The notes: generated by a model not told the origin, from the letters alone. A stretch of 47,443 nucleotides of DNA from an uncultured Bacillota bacterium (GCA_947165005.1 CAMUYN010000005.1:1-47443); one strand, 5' to 3'. Shown: positions 7,835 through 18,764, counted from the first letter of the stretch. Program-made: numbers and translations.

Positions 7835-8616
7835 AATTCACCTACTATATCATCTAAATTATCATGTATATTATGTAATAAATCATACATTATTAATTTA
7901 TTAGATATTTCTACTTCCCAAGGCTTTTTAAATCCTATTTGACTTAGATTCACATCATTTATTAATTCAGAATATTCGCCATCAAATGAAATGGAATTAT
8001 CTTCTAATACTAATATTCTATCTGAATATTTTAAATCATATATATTAGTAGTACTCATTAATATAGTTACTTCATTTTTTTTAGAATAATCTTTTATGTA
8101 TTTATATAATTCTTCTCTCTTATCTATATCTAATCTTACAAAAGCATTATCTAATATAATTATTTTAGATTCTTTAACTATTGCTTTAATTAATGCTACT
8201 ATTTGATTTTCTGCATAAGATAAATCAAGTGGTGACAGCTTTTCTAGGTATAATAAATTAAATTTATCTAATAGTTTTCTTGCTTTATTTAGTTCAAAAG
8301 GATTTTCTCTTTTTGATTCAAGTATTTCATCTAATATAGTTTTATTAAAAAATTCATTATAAGAACTTATAAATGATACTCTCTTATTCACTTCTTCAAT
8401 ATTATATTTATTTACTTGCATATTATCTACTTTAATATTGTTATTAGTTATTAATAGACCTCCAAGTAGTTTTAATAATGTAGTTTTACCAGAGCCATTT
8501 TCACCAATTATAGAGACAAAGGTGCCTGAATTGATATTTAAGCTAATATTATCAAATAAAACTCTATCTTCTATTTCATAATTTATATGTGCTTCTATTA
8601 TATTCATATCAAACAC
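7825..8616 (-). CDS. Degenerate ECF-type ABC ATPase (EcfA1-like)
   Basis: Walker A GENGSGKT; signature LSYAE; Walker B IIILDN; paired with second ATPase before truA. Confidence 0.7.
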   Translation of the reverse strand: MFDMNIIEAHINYEIEDRVLFDNISLNINSGTFVSIIGENGSGKTTLLKLLGGLLITNNNIKVDNMQVNKYNIEEVNKRVSFISSYNEFFNKTILDEILESKRENPFELNKARKLLDKFNLLYLEKLSPLDLSYAENQIVALIKAIVKESKIIILDNAFVRLDIDKREELYKYIKDYSKKNEVTILMSTTNIYDLKYSDRILVLEDNSISFDGEYSELINDVNLSQIGFKKPWEVEISNKLIMYDLLHNIHDNLDDIVGELCK

Positions 8617-8654
8617 CTCTAAACAAGTTTTTATTATACTAAAAAAGAATAAAA

Positions 8655-8682
8655 AAAGAAATTACTTTTTTGTAATTTCTTT
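8655..8682 (-). terminator. Intrinsic terminator
   Basis: aaagaaattac-tttttt-gtaatttcttt at stop of 8681..8935, T-run on minus strand. Confidence 0.65.
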
Positions 8683-8935
8683 AATTTATATTATTTTGTT
8701 TTGACTCTATTTTTTCTTTAAACATAGTGCCTAAAGTTTTTAATAAATATTTATCGGTAACTTCGCTTAAAACAGTCTTTCCATTTTTAATTTCTTGAAT
8801 AACAATCTTTGTATCATTTTCTTCTTCTACGTTTAATATTAAATCATAAATATCATATTCATACATTAATGATTCTAAAACAAAATATTGTTTTCCATTA
8901 TATAGAGTAACTAATTCATATTCTAATTTATCCAT
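8681..8935 (-). CDS. Small hypothetical protein, possibly DUF1292-like
   Basis: 84 aa, 2 nt after upstream gene; VTLYNGKQYFVL...Y..I...EVTD pattern loosely resembles DUF1292. Confidence 0.55.
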   Translation of the reverse strand: MDKLEYELVTLYNGKQYFVLESLMYEYDIYDLILNVEEENDTKIVIQEIKNGKTVLSEVTDKYLLKTLGTMFKEKIESKQNNIN

Positions 8936-8937
8936 AA

Positions 8938-9669
8938 TTATTCTCCTATCAATCCATTAAGATATGGGAAGACATGTCCTTCCATAACTTCTTTAGAACC
9001 ATATATTTCATTTATAACATCTTCTCTTGATTCATGAGAAACAACTTCATTATCATCATGAGTTTCTATTATTTCTGAAGTAGGTATTACTGTTGGTTCT
9101 TCTACAGGAACTTCAGTTACCTTTGGTTCTTCTATAACTGGTTCTTCCTTCTTTTCACCGATTGATTCAAGAACAGTAGATAATTCAGTTTTTCTATTTT
9201 CATATTCTTTAGATAAATCATCATTTAGTTTTTCTTGTTCCTCTTCTAAAGCTCTCTTTAAACTTTCATTATCAGATGCAATATCAATTGCATTTTTAAT
9301 TAATCCCATTTTAGAAGCATATGCATCATTTATGTTCATTAAAGAAGATATATAAGATTGTTTTTTAGATTCTTGTTCAGATTTAATGGATTCAAGATTT
9401 TCTTTTTCTTTAGATAATTCAGATTCTCTATCACTAAATATTTTAGCTTGATCTTCTTTTTCTTTTTCTAAAGATGCTTTGAATTCTTCTAGTCTTCTTT
9501 CAAACTCTTTTTCTTTTTCTTCTATTTCATTTTTTAATTCAGCTTCTCTAGAAACAACATCTTCAATTTTAGTATTGAATATTTCTAAAGCTTTTTCATC
9601 TTCTTCTAAATATTCTGATAATTCCTTTGGAACAACTATTTCATTAGTTTCTAATACTTCTGTATCCAT
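8938..9669 (-). CDS. Acidic coiled-coil hypothetical protein
   Basis: E/K-rich heptads; start moved to ATG (MDTEV) following RBS gaggtg. Confidence 0.75.
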   Translation of the reverse strand: MDTEVLETNEIVVPKELSEYLEEDEKALEIFNTKIEDVVSREAELKNEIEEKEKEFERRLEEFKASLEKEKEDQAKIFSDRESELSKEKENLESIKSEQESKKQSYISSLMNINDAYASKMGLIKNAIDIASDNESLKRALEEEQEKLNDDLSKEYENRKTELSTVLESIGEKKEEPVIEEPKVTEVPVEEPTVIPTSEIIETHDDNEVVSHESREDVINEIYGSKEVMEGHVFPYLNGLIGE

Positions 9670-9695
9670 AACCAACACCTCTTATTCTATATAGC

Positions 9696-9724
9696 ATTAT
9701 ATCAATTTCTAAAATCTATGTCAA
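9696..9724 (-). promoter_or_regulatory. Consensus sigma-A promoter
   Basis: TTGACA-17 nt-TATAAT with extended -10 TG. Confidence 0.85.
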
Positions 9725-9749
9725 TTGATTTAACCTAATTTAGAATAAA

Positions 9750-9778
9750 AAAACTAAAGACTTTTTGTCTTTAGTTTT
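9750..9778 (-). terminator. Intrinsic terminator
   Basis: aaaactaaagac-ttttt-gtctttagtttt perfect 12-bp arms at stop of 9777..10481. Confidence 0.75.
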
Positions 9779-10481
9779 AATTGCTATTTTGAGCACTACA
9801 ATATTCAAGTGTTTCTGATAACTTAGTTTCAGTGAATTCACCATTTTCTACTTTTATTAAATATTCTACTAATATTTGATTTGATCCATCTGAATTAGCC
9901 TTAGATGTATCACAATCATATCTTGTGAATGAGTTTTCTCCTACTTTAAAGTATTCACTAAAGTTTTCAGGTATTGAGTCAGTCGAAACAAGAATACTTG
10001 AATATGTTTTTACTAATTCTAAATCACTATTATATACATCTATCTTATAAGCATTTGGACTAATTGCAGATGCTGTACCCATAGCTAAATAATCTCCAAT
10101 TACTGCAATTTTATCCAATTTTCTAGCTCCACCTATAAGTATTTTTTTTGAATCTATAGTTATATAATTTTCGTTTGATTCATCTTGATCATTATATACA
10201 TCATCCATATCAATATATGTTTTTATTGTTTGTTTTTTACCACCTAGTTCAAATACTATTTCTTTTTCACATATACCTGTTGTATTTGTACAAATATCTG
10301 CAAGTGATAATTCCTTTTCTAATGTAAGTTTATCATCTTCTGTTTTAACATCACATTTATTACATACTGGACATGATGATTCCTTTATGAATTTATCATA
10401 AAGAATAAATCCTACTAATCCTAATATTACTATTATTAATAGAATTAAAGTTAATATTAACCCTTTTTTATTATTTTCCAT
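9777..10481 (-). CDS. Hypothetical N-terminally anchored surface protein
   Basis: One TM, CPVCNKC stalk, further Cys pairs; RBS ggggtggag. Confidence 0.75.
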   Translation of the reverse strand: MENNKKGLILTLILLIIVILGLVGFILYDKFIKESSCPVCNKCDVKTEDDKLTLEKELSLADICTNTTGICEKEIVFELGGKKQTIKTYIDMDDVYNDQDESNENYITIDSKKILIGGARKLDKIAVIGDYLAMGTASAISPNAYKIDVYNSDLELVKTYSSILVSTDSIPENFSEYFKVGENSFTRYDCDTSKANSDGSNQILVEYLIKVENGEFTETKLSETLEYCSAQNSN

Positions 10482-10495
10482 ATTAACTCCACCCC

Positions 10496-11074
10496 TTATC
10501 TATCTACTCCATCTCCTGCTAATAAATTATAGTCATTTAAATTATAAGCAGTTCCATCTGATTTATATGCTAAAACTTTATTGATAGTTGCATTACCTTC
10601 TTCATCATATGGGTCTACTTGTTCTAACTTAACTACATCAGTTACACCAGCAATAGTATTATGTGTATAATTGTTTCTTAAATATATATCAGAATATCTC
10701 ATATATTCAACTGTACCATCTTCCATTAAGAAGAAATATACTGTACCCATATTATTACTTAAAACACCTTCAAAAATAGATTTTACATTTTTATCAAATG
10801 TTAATGTGGCTTCTTTAGACATCCCTAAGTCTGGTCTTTCTTCTGCCAATTTATTTACTATTTTTACTGTATTTTGATCAATAGTCATATCCAAATGCCA
10901 ACGATCTTGTTCTTCTTCAGAAGTTGAATCATCAATTGTTTCAGATTCTTCAGTAGTTTTATAATGACAATCACATTCCGTTGTAGGTTTATTTGAAACC
11001 TTATCAATCACAACAAATATTCCAAGCCCCAATGCAATTACTGCTAAAATTATAATTAAAATATTCTTTTTCAT
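10496..11074 (-). CDS. Hypothetical N-terminally anchored surface protein
   Basis: One TM, ECDC stalk, acidic linker, YFLMEDGTVEY beta-rich domain; RBS gaggt. Confidence 0.75.
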   Translation of the reverse strand: MKKNILIIILAVIALGLGIFVVIDKVSNKPTTECDCHYKTTEESETIDDSTSEEEQDRWHLDMTIDQNTVKIVNKLAEERPDLGMSKEATLTFDKNVKSIFEGVLSNNMGTVYFFLMEDGTVEYMRYSDIYLRNNYTHNTIAGVTDVVKLEQVDPYDEEGNATINKVLAYKSDGTAYNLNDYNLLAGDGVDR

Positions 11075-11177
11075 TGTTTTACCTCTTTCTGTTTTGATTA
11101 TATCATTGATTAAGATAAATAAATGATGGTTATTTATAAATTAGTAAAATTGATGTAAAAAAAAGAGATGCTAGTAA

Positions 11178-11519
11178 TTATACTAATTCTAGTATAACTA
11201 CTAATGCATCGTCTCCTCTTCTATTTTCTTTCTTAAGAATTCTAGTGTATCCACCATTTCTTTCTGCATATCTTGGGGCTAATTCATTGAATAGTTTTTC
11301 AATACACTTTTTATCGTTATGTAAGAATGCATATGCTTTTCTTCTTGAAACTAAATCACCGTTTTTACCATATGTAATCATCTTTTCTACAAATTTTCTT
11401 GTTTCTTTTGCTCTATCAACTGTAGTTTCGATTCTTTCATTCATAATAACAGCTTTAGTTAAATTAGCAAGCATACTTCTTCTATGTTTAGAATCTCTTC
11501 CTAATTTTCTATATGCCAT
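11178..11519 (-). CDS. rplQ: 50S ribosomal protein L17
   Basis: [22 protein letters not shown]; follows rpoA. Confidence 0.98.
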   Translation of the reverse strand: MAYRKLGRDSKHRRSMLANLTKAVIMNERIETTVDRAKETRKFVEKMITYGKNGDLVSRRKAYAFLHNDKKCIEKLFNELAPRYAERNGGYTRILKKENRRGDDALVVILELV

Positions 11520-11527
11520 AAATCCTC

Positions 11528-12478
11528 CTAATCATCGTTCTTGAAAGAAAGTCCCATAGCTTTAACTTTATCTAACACTTCTTTTAATGATTTCTTTCCT
11601 AAGTTTCTGATTTTCATCATATCGCTTTCTTTTCTGTTAACTAGATCTTGCATAGTATTAATACCTGATCTCTTTAAGCAGTTATAAGCTCTTACTGAGA
11701 ATTCCATATCATCAATTGAAGTTTCTAAAGCTTTTACTTTTGGATCTTCTTCTTTTTCAGCCATAATTCCTGTAACATCAGCAATTTCATTTAATTTAGT
11801 TAATATATCTAAATGTTCAATTAAAATTCTACTTGCTAAAGCAATTGCTTCTTCAGCACGCATTGAACCATTTGTCCATATTTCCATTATTAACTTATCA
11901 TAGTTAGTTGATTGACCAACTCTGGCTTCTTCAACTTCATAATTAACTCTTTCAATTGGAGAATAATTAGAATCCATAGATATAGTTCCAACTTTAGCTT
12001 TCTTTAATAATTTCTTATTAGCTTCTGCACGAACATATCCTCTTCCATTTCCAACAGTAATTTCCATGTTAAGTTTACCACCTTTAACGATAGTACAAAT
12101 AACTTGGTCTTTATTGATTATTTCAACATCAGTTGGACATTCAATATCTCCTGCTGTTACAACTCCCTCTTTATTAGTGTTAATAGTTAATACTTGTTCT
12201 TCTTCAGATAAGTTGTTAACAATAACATTCTTTAAATTTAAAACTATTGTAGTAACATCTTCATAGATTCCATCAATTGTTTCAAATTCATGATTAACTC
12301 CTTCAATATTAATTGAAGTAATTGCACTTCCTGGTAAGCTAGAAAGCATTACTCTTCTTAAAGCATTACCTAAAGTTAAACCAAACCCTTTTTCTAGTGG
12401 TTCAAGTTCAAATTTACCATAGTTACTAGTTTCATCATATTCAGTAACTTTATATTGTGGTTTTTCGAATTTTATCAT
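11528..12478 (-). CDS. rpoA: RNA polymerase alpha subunit
   Basis: [35 protein letters not shown]; start corrected to MIKFEKP after RBS aggag. Confidence 0.98.
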   Translation of the reverse strand: MIKFEKPQYKVTEYDETSNYGKFELEPLEKGFGLTLGNALRRVMLSSLPGSAITSINIEGVNHEFETIDGIYEDVTTIVLNLKNVIVNNLSEEEQVLTINTNKEGVVTAGDIECPTDVEIINKDQVICTIVKGGKLNMEITVGNGRGYVRAEANKKLLKKAKVGTISMDSNYSPIERVNYEVEEARVGQSTNYDKLIMEIWTNGSMRAEEAIALASRILIEHLDILTKLNEIADVTGIMAEKEEDPKVKALETSIDDMEFSVRAYNCLKRSGINTMQDLVNRKESDMMKIRNLGKKSLKEVLDKVKAMGLSFKNDD

Positions 12479-12501
12479 TTTAACACACTCCTTTTTATTT
12501 A

Positions 12502-12885
12502 TTATCCTCTTGGACGTTTTGGTGGACGACAACCATTATGTGGAATTGGTGTATCGTCTGTAATTGACATTATTTCAAGTCCTGCAACTTGAAGAGCTCT
12601 TATTGCAGTTTCTCTACCTGGACCAAGTCCTCTTACATAAACGTCAATTTTTCTCATACCTGCATCATATGCTCCTTTAGCAGCAGCTTCAGCAGCTACT
12701 TGTGCAGCATATGGAGTAGATTTCTTTGCACTCTTAAATCCAACTGCTCCTGGAGCTGACCAACTAATAGCATTTCCTTCTGGGTCAGTAATTGTAACAA
12801 TTGTATTGTTAAAAGATGCTTTTATATGAGCTGCTCCAACAGGAACATTCTTTTTAACTTTTCTTTTTCTTGCTTTATAAGCCAT
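12502..12885 (-). CDS. rpsK: 30S ribosomal protein S11
   Basis: [29 protein letters not shown]. Confidence 0.98.
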   Translation of the reverse strand: MAYKARKRKVKKNVPVGAAHIKASFNNTIVTITDPEGNAISWSAPGAVGFKSAKKSTPYAAQVAAEAAAKGAYDAGMRKIDVYVRGLGPGRETAIRALQVAGLEIMSITDDTPIPHNGCRPPKRPRG

Positions 12886-12906
12886 ACAAAATTTCCTCCT
12901 AACCTA

Positions 12907-13272
12907 TTATTTCTTTTTATTTGCAATTGTCTTTGGTTTACCCTTACGAGTTCTAGCATTAGTTCTAGTTCTTTGACCTCTAACAGGTAATCCTTTTTTA
13001 TGACGAAGACCTTGATAAGAACCAATTTCCATCTTATTCTTGATGTTCATTGCAACTTCTCTTCTTAAATCTCCTTCAACTGCGTGTTTATCAATTTCTT
13101 TTCTTAATGCTGCAACTTCATCATCTGTTAAATCTTTTGCTTTCTTAGCTTTATCAACTTTAGCAGCTGTACAGATTTCATCAGATAATTTTTGTCCAAT
13201 ACCATAAATTGAAGTTAATGCTATCCAAATATTCTTTTCATTTGGTAGATCTACACCTTTAATACGTGCCAT
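12907..13272 (-). CDS. rpsM: 30S ribosomal protein S13
   Basis: [28 protein letters not shown]. Confidence 0.98.
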   Translation of the reverse strand: MARIKGVDLPNEKNIWIALTSIYGIGQKLSDEICTAAKVDKAKKAKDLTDDEVAALRKEIDKHAVEGDLRREVAMNIKNKMEIGSYQGLRHKKGLPVRGQRTRTNARTRKGKPKTIANKKK

Positions 13273-13288
13273 AAACTAATACCTCCTA

Positions 13289-13402
13289 TTAACCTTGTCT
13301 TTGTTTGTGTTTAGGGTTACTACAAATAACTCTAACTACACCTTTTCTTTTAATAATTCTGCATTTGTCGCAGATTTTTTTAACTGAAGATCTAACTTTC
13401 AT
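13289..13402 (-). CDS. rpmJ: 50S ribosomal protein L36 (zinc-binding type)
   Basis: Below ORF-track cutoff; manual translation [37 protein letters not shown]. Confidence 0.97.
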   Translation of the reverse strand: MKVRSSVKKICDKCRIIKRKGVVRVICSNPKHKQRQG

Positions 13403-13413
13403 ATTTTTCTCTC

Positions 13414-13632
13414 CTATCTTTTATTCCATATTATGCGCCCATGTGTTATATCTACTGGTGATAATTCTAAGATAACTGTATCGCCTGGTAAGATACGAAT
13501 GTTATTCATTCGTATTTTACCAGAAACATGAGCTTCTACAGTATAACCATTTTCAAGTTCTACTTTAAATTTTCCTCCTGGTAAAACATCAATAACTTTA
13601 CCTTCTACTTCTATTACATCGTTTTTTGCCAT
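13414..13632 (-). CDS. infA: Translation initiation factor IF-1
   Basis: FKVELENG...[18 protein letters not shown]. Confidence 0.98.
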   Translation of the reverse strand: MAKNDVIEVEGKVIDVLPGGKFKVELENGYTVEAHVSGKIRMNNIRILPGDTVILELSPVDITHGRIIWNKR

Positions 13633-14384
13633 TATTTATCAACTCCTGTCAATAATATTGGACCGTCTTTTGTTATAGCAATAGTATGTTCATAATGTGC
13701 TGCATTTGATCCATCATAGGTAACTGCAGTTAAATCATTATCTAATATATCTATTTCTTCAGAACCAAATGTTAACATTGGTTCAATAGCTATTACCATA
13801 CCTTCTTTAAGAAGTGGTCCTGTTCCTTCTTTACCATAATTTGGTACACTTGGATCTTCATGTACTGAAGTTCCAACACCATGACCTACGAACTCTCTAA
13901 CAACACCAAGGTGATGTTTTGTCGCATATTCATAAACGGCATGTCCAATATCACCAACTCTATTGCCAACCCTAGCTTTCTTTATACCCTCATAAAGAGC
14001 TTTTTCTGTATGCTCCATTAAATATTTATCATTATCAGATATATTACCGACAGCATACGTCCATCCTGAATCACCATGATATCCTTTATAACAAGCACCT
14101 ATATCAACAGTAATTATGTCTCCATTTTTTAATTTATAGTTACTTGGATATCCATGCACTACGCAATCATTAACTGATGTACATACTGAATATGGAAATC
14201 CTTCACATCCTTTAAAAGATGGAGTACATCCCTTACTTCTTATAAATTCTTCACAAAGTCTATCAATTTCTTTTGTTGTGATTCCCTCTTTTATAAAAGG
14301 TTTAATATATTGATGAGTTTGGTAAACGACATTACCAGCTTGTTTTAATAATTCAATTTCTCTTGGAGATTTAATTGTAATCAT
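13632..14384 (-). CDS. map: Type I methionine aminopeptidase
   Basis: [37 protein letters not shown]. Confidence 0.97.
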   Translation of the reverse strand: MITIKSPREIELLKQAGNVVYQTHQYIKPFIKEGITTKEIDRLCEEFIRSKGCTPSFKGCEGFPYSVCTSVNDCVVHGYPSNYKLKNGDIITVDIGACYKGYHGDSGWTYAVGNISDNDKYLMEHTEKALYEGIKKARVGNRVGDIGHAVYEYATKHHLGVVREFVGHGVGTSVHEDPSVPNYGKEGTGPLLKEGMVIAIEPMLTFGSEEIDILDNDLTAVTYDGSNAAHYEHTIAITKDGPILLTGVDK

Positions 14385-14989
14385 TATCTCATCTCCTTAT
14401 CTAAATTATTATATAAACTTTCTAGAGTATCATCATTATAAATTCTAATTAATTTATCTTTATAATAATCTACTAAAGGTTTTGTTTCTTTAAGATATGT
14501 ATCATATCTCTTTTCAAATACTTCTTTAGTATCATCTTCTCTAGTTATTAAATTACCACCACATATCATGCATACTTTACTATCAATTAAATCTTTATTA
14601 TAGACTTTCTTGCAATCTTCACAAGTTAATCTATTAATTACTCTCTTAGCTGCTATTTCTCTATCTATATCTATAAATATAACTTTTTCTAAATTAATAT
14701 TATTTTCTTCAAATAAAGAATCTAATAATTTAGCTTGTTTTATATTTCTAGGTATACCATCTAAAATTATATTATCCTTTTTAATATTCTTATTTAATAC
14801 ATCCATAACTAATTCATCAGAAACAAATTTACCATTATCAATTAAAGATTTGATTTCTTTATTTTTTAATGCTTCATTTCTTAATAAACTACCTGATGAT
14901 ATATGTTTATAATTATATTTATTTTCTATATAATCAGATGCTGTACCTTTTCCAGCTCCTGGAGAAGCTAGTAAAATAATGCACTTCAT
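14384..14989 (-). CDS. adk: Adenylate kinase with Zn-type LID
   Basis: PGAGKGT, HISSGSLLR, LDGIPR, CEDC/CMIC, REDD; follows secY. Confidence 0.93.
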   Translation of the reverse strand: MKCIILLASPGAGKGTASDYIENKYNYKHISSGSLLRNEALKNKEIKSLIDNGKFVSDELVMDVLNKNIKKDNIILDGIPRNIKQAKLLDSLFEENNINLEKVIFIDIDREIAAKRVINRLTCEDCKKVYNKDLIDSKVCMICGGNLITREDDTKEVFEKRYDTYLKETKPLVDYYKDKLIRIYNDDTLESLYNNLDKEMR

Positions 14990-14990
14990 A

Positions 14991-16244
14991 TTAAAATCTT
15001 CCTTTATATTCTTTTTGTTCTAATACACTTTCAATTTGTTTGAATGTTTCAAGTGCAACTCCTACAACGATTATTAATCCAGTTCCTCCAATTGAAATAT
15101 TTGTATTTTGTACATTAGAGTAATTTTGGAATAATATTGGTAAAGCTGCAATTACAACTAAGAATAATGTACCAAATGTAGTAATTCTAATTAATACTTT
15201 AGTAATATATTTTTTAGTTTCAACGCCAGGTCTAATTCCTGGAATATATCCACCATTTTGTTGTAAATTCTTGCTTATTTCTTCAGGTCTAAATTGAAGT
15301 AATGTATATACATAACTAAATATAACTATTAATAATAAATAAATTATTAATCCAATAGTTGTATTATAGTTTAAATATGTAGAAACAAACTTAACAAATC
15401 CTTCATTAGTTATGAATCTTGCAAGTACTTGTGGAATACTTATACATGCAGATGCAAATATTACTGGAATAACATTTGCTGCATTAACCTTGAAAGGTAT
15501 ATATGTTTGTTTAGCTCCATATGAACTAGTAGTTTTGTTTGAATATTGAATAGGAATTCTTCTTTCAGATTCTGAAATAAATACAACTCCTACTACTATT
15601 GCAAAATATATAGCTATATAAACTATGAATGAAATAATTCCTAAGAATAAATTACTATTTCCTAAAACAAATGTCTTAAATGCTTCACTCATCATATATG
15701 GGAATGAAACAACTATACCAGATAAGATAATAAGTGATAAACCATTACCTATACCTTTTTGAGTTATTTGATCACCAATCCATAATAAGAATGCAGTACC
15801 TGCAGTTAGGATTAATGCAACCTTTACATATTCAAATGCAGTAGCACTTGTTCCTAATATACTAAGAGATAATGCAAATCCTTGGATTAATGCAACTCCT
15901 ATACCTAAGTATCTAGTAATTCTATTTAACTTTCTTCTTCCAGCATAGCCTTCTTTAGCTAAATCTGAGAAGTATGGAATAATATCCATTTGAAGTAATT
16001 GAACTACGATTGATGCACTAATATAAGGCATAACACCTAGTGCAAATATTGATGAATTCTTTAAAGCTCCTCCACCAATAACATTCAATAATTCTAGGAA
16101 TCCTAAATTACTATTTTCTGTTGTTCCAGGTATTCTAACATTTGTTCCAATTATAAATATTGCTAAACACATTAATGTGAATAGTATTCTTTTTCTTAGT
16201 TCTTTATTTCTTTTTGCAAAGATATCTTTTATTTTAGCAAACAT
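14991..16244 (-). CDS. secY: Preprotein translocase SecY
   Basis: SIFALGVMPYISASI, GIGNGLS, IPGIRPG, GGTGLIIVVGV. Confidence 0.98.
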   Translation of the reverse strand: MFAKIKDIFAKRNKELRKRILFTLMCLAIFIIGTNVRIPGTTENSNLGFLELLNVIGGGALKNSSIFALGVMPYISASIVVQLLQMDIIPYFSDLAKEGYAGRRKLNRITRYLGIGVALIQGFALSLSILGTSATAFEYVKVALILTAGTAFLLWIGDQITQKGIGNGLSLIILSGIVVSFPYMMSEAFKTFVLGNSNLFLGIISFIVYIAIYFAIVVGVVFISESERRIPIQYSNKTTSSYGAKQTYIPFKVNAANVIPVIFASACISIPQVLARFITNEGFVKFVSTYLNYNTTIGLIIYLLLIVIFSYVYTLLQFRPEEISKNLQQNGGYIPGIRPGVETKKYITKVLIRITTFGTLFLVVIAALPILFQNYSNVQNTNISIGGTGLIIVVGVALETFKQIESVLEQKEYKGRF

Positions 16245-16245
16245 A

Positions 16246-16689
16246 CTAGATCACCTTCGCTTTTCCACCAGCTTGTTCTATCTTTTCTTTTGCTTCTTTT
16301 GAAAATTTATTTGCGCTTACTGTTAATTTCTTAGTAATTTCTCCATTACCAAGTACTTTAAGACCATCTTTCATGTCTTTAACTAATCCCATTTCTTTTA
16401 ATAATTCTGGAGTTATTTCTGTACCTTCTTTAAAATTATTTAAATCACCAACATTGATAATTGCATATTTAGTTTCAAAGTTATAGTTATTAAAACCTCT
16501 CTTTGGAATTCTAAATACTAATGGATTTTGTCCTCCTTCAAAACCAGGTCTAACTCCACCACCACTACGTGAGTTTTGTCCTTTTTGACCTCTTCCTGAA
16601 GTTTTACCATTTCCACTACCGATTCCTCTACCAACTCTATTAGCAGTAGCTTTAGAACCTTTAGTAAATTTTAAACTATTTAATTCCAT
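16246..16689 (-). CDS. rplO: 50S ribosomal protein L15
   Basis: [25 protein letters not shown]. Confidence 0.98.
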   Translation of the reverse strand: MELNSLKFTKGSKATANRVGRGIGSGNGKTSGRGQKGQNSRSGGGVRPGFEGGQNPLVFRIPKRGFNNYNFETKYAIINVGDLNNFKEGTEITPELLKEMGLVKDMKDGLKVLGNGEITKKLTVSANKFSKEAKEKIEQAGGKAKVI

Positions 16690-16690
16690 A

Positions 16691-17203
16691 CTATCTAATC
16701 TCCTCTACAGATTTACCTCTAAGACTAGCTATGTGTTCAGCACTCTTTTGAGCAACTAAAGCTCTCATAGTTGCTTTAGAAGTATTAATTTTTGTATTAG
16801 ATCCTAGTGATTTAGATACAACGTCCTTTAGTCCTGCTAATTCTAGAACAGTTCTAACTGGACCTCCAGCGATAATACCAGTACCGGCTTTAGCAGGCTT
16901 AAGTAATACTTTAGCTGCTCCAGCTTCACCAATAATATCATGAGAAATAGTTCTTCCATCAACGATATCTATTTTCTTTATATTTTTAACAGCTTGCATT
17001 CTAGCTTTTTTAATAGCATCTACTACTTCGCTAGATTTTCCAGAACCAATACCTACTTTTCCTTTTTTGTCTCCTACTGCAACAGTAGCTGAGAAATGTA
17101 GAGTACGTCCTCCTTTTGTTACTTTTGTAACACGACGAAGTGATAATACTTCATCTTTATAATTATCTTCTTGCTTACGCATATTTCTTTCTTTCTTTTC
17201 CAT
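16691..17203 (-). CDS. rpsE: 30S ribosomal protein S5
   Basis: [22 protein letters not shown]. Confidence 0.98.
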   Translation of the reverse strand: MEKKERNMRKQEDNYKDEVLSLRRVTKVTKGGRTLHFSATVAVGDKKGKVGIGSGKSSEVVDAIKKARMQAVKNIKKIDIVDGRTISHDIIGEAGAAKVLLKPAKAGTGIIAGGPVRTVLELAGLKDVVSKSLGSNTKINTSKATMRALVAQKSAEHIASLRGKSVEEIR

Positions 17204-17217
17204 ATACTCGCTCCTTA

Positions 17218-17580
17218 TTAAAATTCTAATCCATTTTCTCTAGCTGCATCTGCTAATGCTTCAACTCTTCCGTGATATAAATATCCACCTCTATCAAAAA
17301 CTACTTTAGTAATTTTTGCTTTTTTAGCTCTTTTAGCTATTTCAGCACCAACAGCTTTAGCTGCTTCTATATTTCCACCATTAGTGATTTTTAAATCTTT
17401 ATCCATTGATGAACAAGAAACTAATGTCTTTCCTTCAACATCATCGATAATTTGTACACTAATGTGTTTAGCAGATCTAAATACATTTAATCTTGGAATA
17501 TCTTTTGTACCAGATACTTTAGCTCTTACTCTTTTATGTCTTTCTAAGCGAGTTTCGTTACGTGATACTTTCTTAATCAT
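17218..17580 (-). CDS. rplR: 50S ribosomal protein L18
   Basis: [22 protein letters not shown]. Confidence 0.98.
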   Translation of the reverse strand: MIKKVSRNETRLERHKRVRAKVSGTKDIPRLNVFRSAKHISVQIIDDVEGKTLVSCSSMDKDLKITNGGNIEAAKAVGAEIAKRAKKAKITKVVFDRGGYLYHGRVEALADAARENGLEF

Positions 17581-17601
17581 ATATAAGACTCTCCTTTTCT
17601 A

Positions 17602-18141
17602 CTATTTAGATGCTTTCTTTCCTTCTTTACGACGAATGAATTCATCTTTATAACGAACACCTTTACCTTTATATGGTTCAGGTTTTCTTACTTTTCTAAC
17701 TTTAGCAGCGAATTCGCCAACTAATTCTTTATCAATACCATTTACTGTTATTTCAGTATTTGAAACTGTTTCAATTGTTAATCCTTGTGGGATAGCAACT
17801 TCAACTGGATGAGAATATCCTGCATTAACTACAAGAACATTTCCTCTAACTTGGAATCTATATCCAACACCAATTATTTCTAACCCTTTAGAATAACCTT
17901 TACTAACTCCTGTAATCATATTTTTTATAAGAGAGTTAGTAGTTCCGTGCATAGCATTATCAAATTTAGTTTTTCCAGTTGATTCAATAGTTAAACCGTT
18001 TTCTTCAACATTAACTTTGATACCATCTTTTAAAGTTAAATTTAATTCACCTTTTGCACCTTTAACATTTACAACATTGTCGTTAACAGTTACTGTAACT
18101 CCAGCAGGTATTTCTAGTTTTCTATTTCCTATACGACTCAT
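17602..18141 (-). CDS. rplF: 50S ribosomal protein L6
   Basis: MSRIG, GVGYR, PEPYKGKG. Confidence 0.98.
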   Translation of the reverse strand: MSRIGNRKLEIPAGVTVTVNDNVVNVKGAKGELNLTLKDGIKVNVEENGLTIESTGKTKFDNAMHGTTNSLIKNMITGVSKGYSKGLEIIGVGYRFQVRGNVLVVNAGYSHPVEVAIPQGLTIETVSNTEITVNGIDKELVGEFAAKVRKVRKPEPYKGKGVRYKDEFIRRKEGKKASK

Positions 18142-18163
18142 ATTCTTATTCTCCTTACTTTCG

Positions 18164-18550
18164 TTACCAAATATATGCTAAAACTTCTCCACCAACACCA
18201 TTTTTACGAGCTTCCTTATCAGTCATAACTCCTTTAGATGTTGATAGTATAGCTATTCCTAATCCGTTTAATACGTATGGAACTTCTTCGGCTTGAGCAT
18301 ATACACGTAATCCTGGTTTTGATATACATTTTAATCCAGTGATTACTCTTTCTTTATTTGCACCATATTTTAGTGTTAAAGTTAAAGTTTTATCATCTTT
18401 ACTATAATCACTAATATATCCTTCATTCTTTAATATACTTGCTATTTCTTCTTTCATTTTTGAAAGAGGCATAGAAACTTCTGCATATCTTAATTGATTA
18501 GCATTTCTAATTCTAGTAAGCATATCTGCGATTGGACTTGATACTACCAT
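18164..18550 (-). CDS. rpsH: 30S ribosomal protein S8
   Basis: [30 protein letters not shown]; start corrected to ATG after aggagg. Confidence 0.98.
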   Translation of the reverse strand: MVVSSPIADMLTRIRNANQLRYAEVSMPLSKMKEEIASILKNEGYISDYSKDDKTLTLTLKYGANKERVITGLKCISKPGLRVYAQAEEVPYVLNGLGIAILSTSKGVMTDKEARKNGVGGEVLAYIW

Positions 18551-18566
18551 ATATATATCCTCCTTC

Positions 18567-18752
18567 TTACCAACTTGATTTTTTAACACCTGGTATTTCA
18601 CCTTTATATGCTAATTCTCTAAAACATATTCTGCAAATACCATATTTTCTTAATACTGCATGTGGTCTTCCACATCTAGCACAACGTGTATATTCACGTA
18701 CAGCATATTTTTGTTTTCTTTGTTGTTTAACAACCATACTTTTCTTTGCCAT
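18567..18752 (-). CDS. rpsN: 30S ribosomal protein S14, zinc-binding type Z
   Basis: 61 aa, RCARCGRP...CRICFRE. Confidence 0.98.
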   Translation of the reverse strand: MAKKSMVVKQQRKQKYAVREYTRCARCGRPHAVLRKYGICRICFRELAYKGEIPGVKKSSW

Positions 18753-18764
18753 TATTTCCTCCTA

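Noticed and set aside
12478-12502. rpsD missing between rpsK and rpoA
   Set aside because: Normal for Bacilli, where rpsD is encoded elsewhere.
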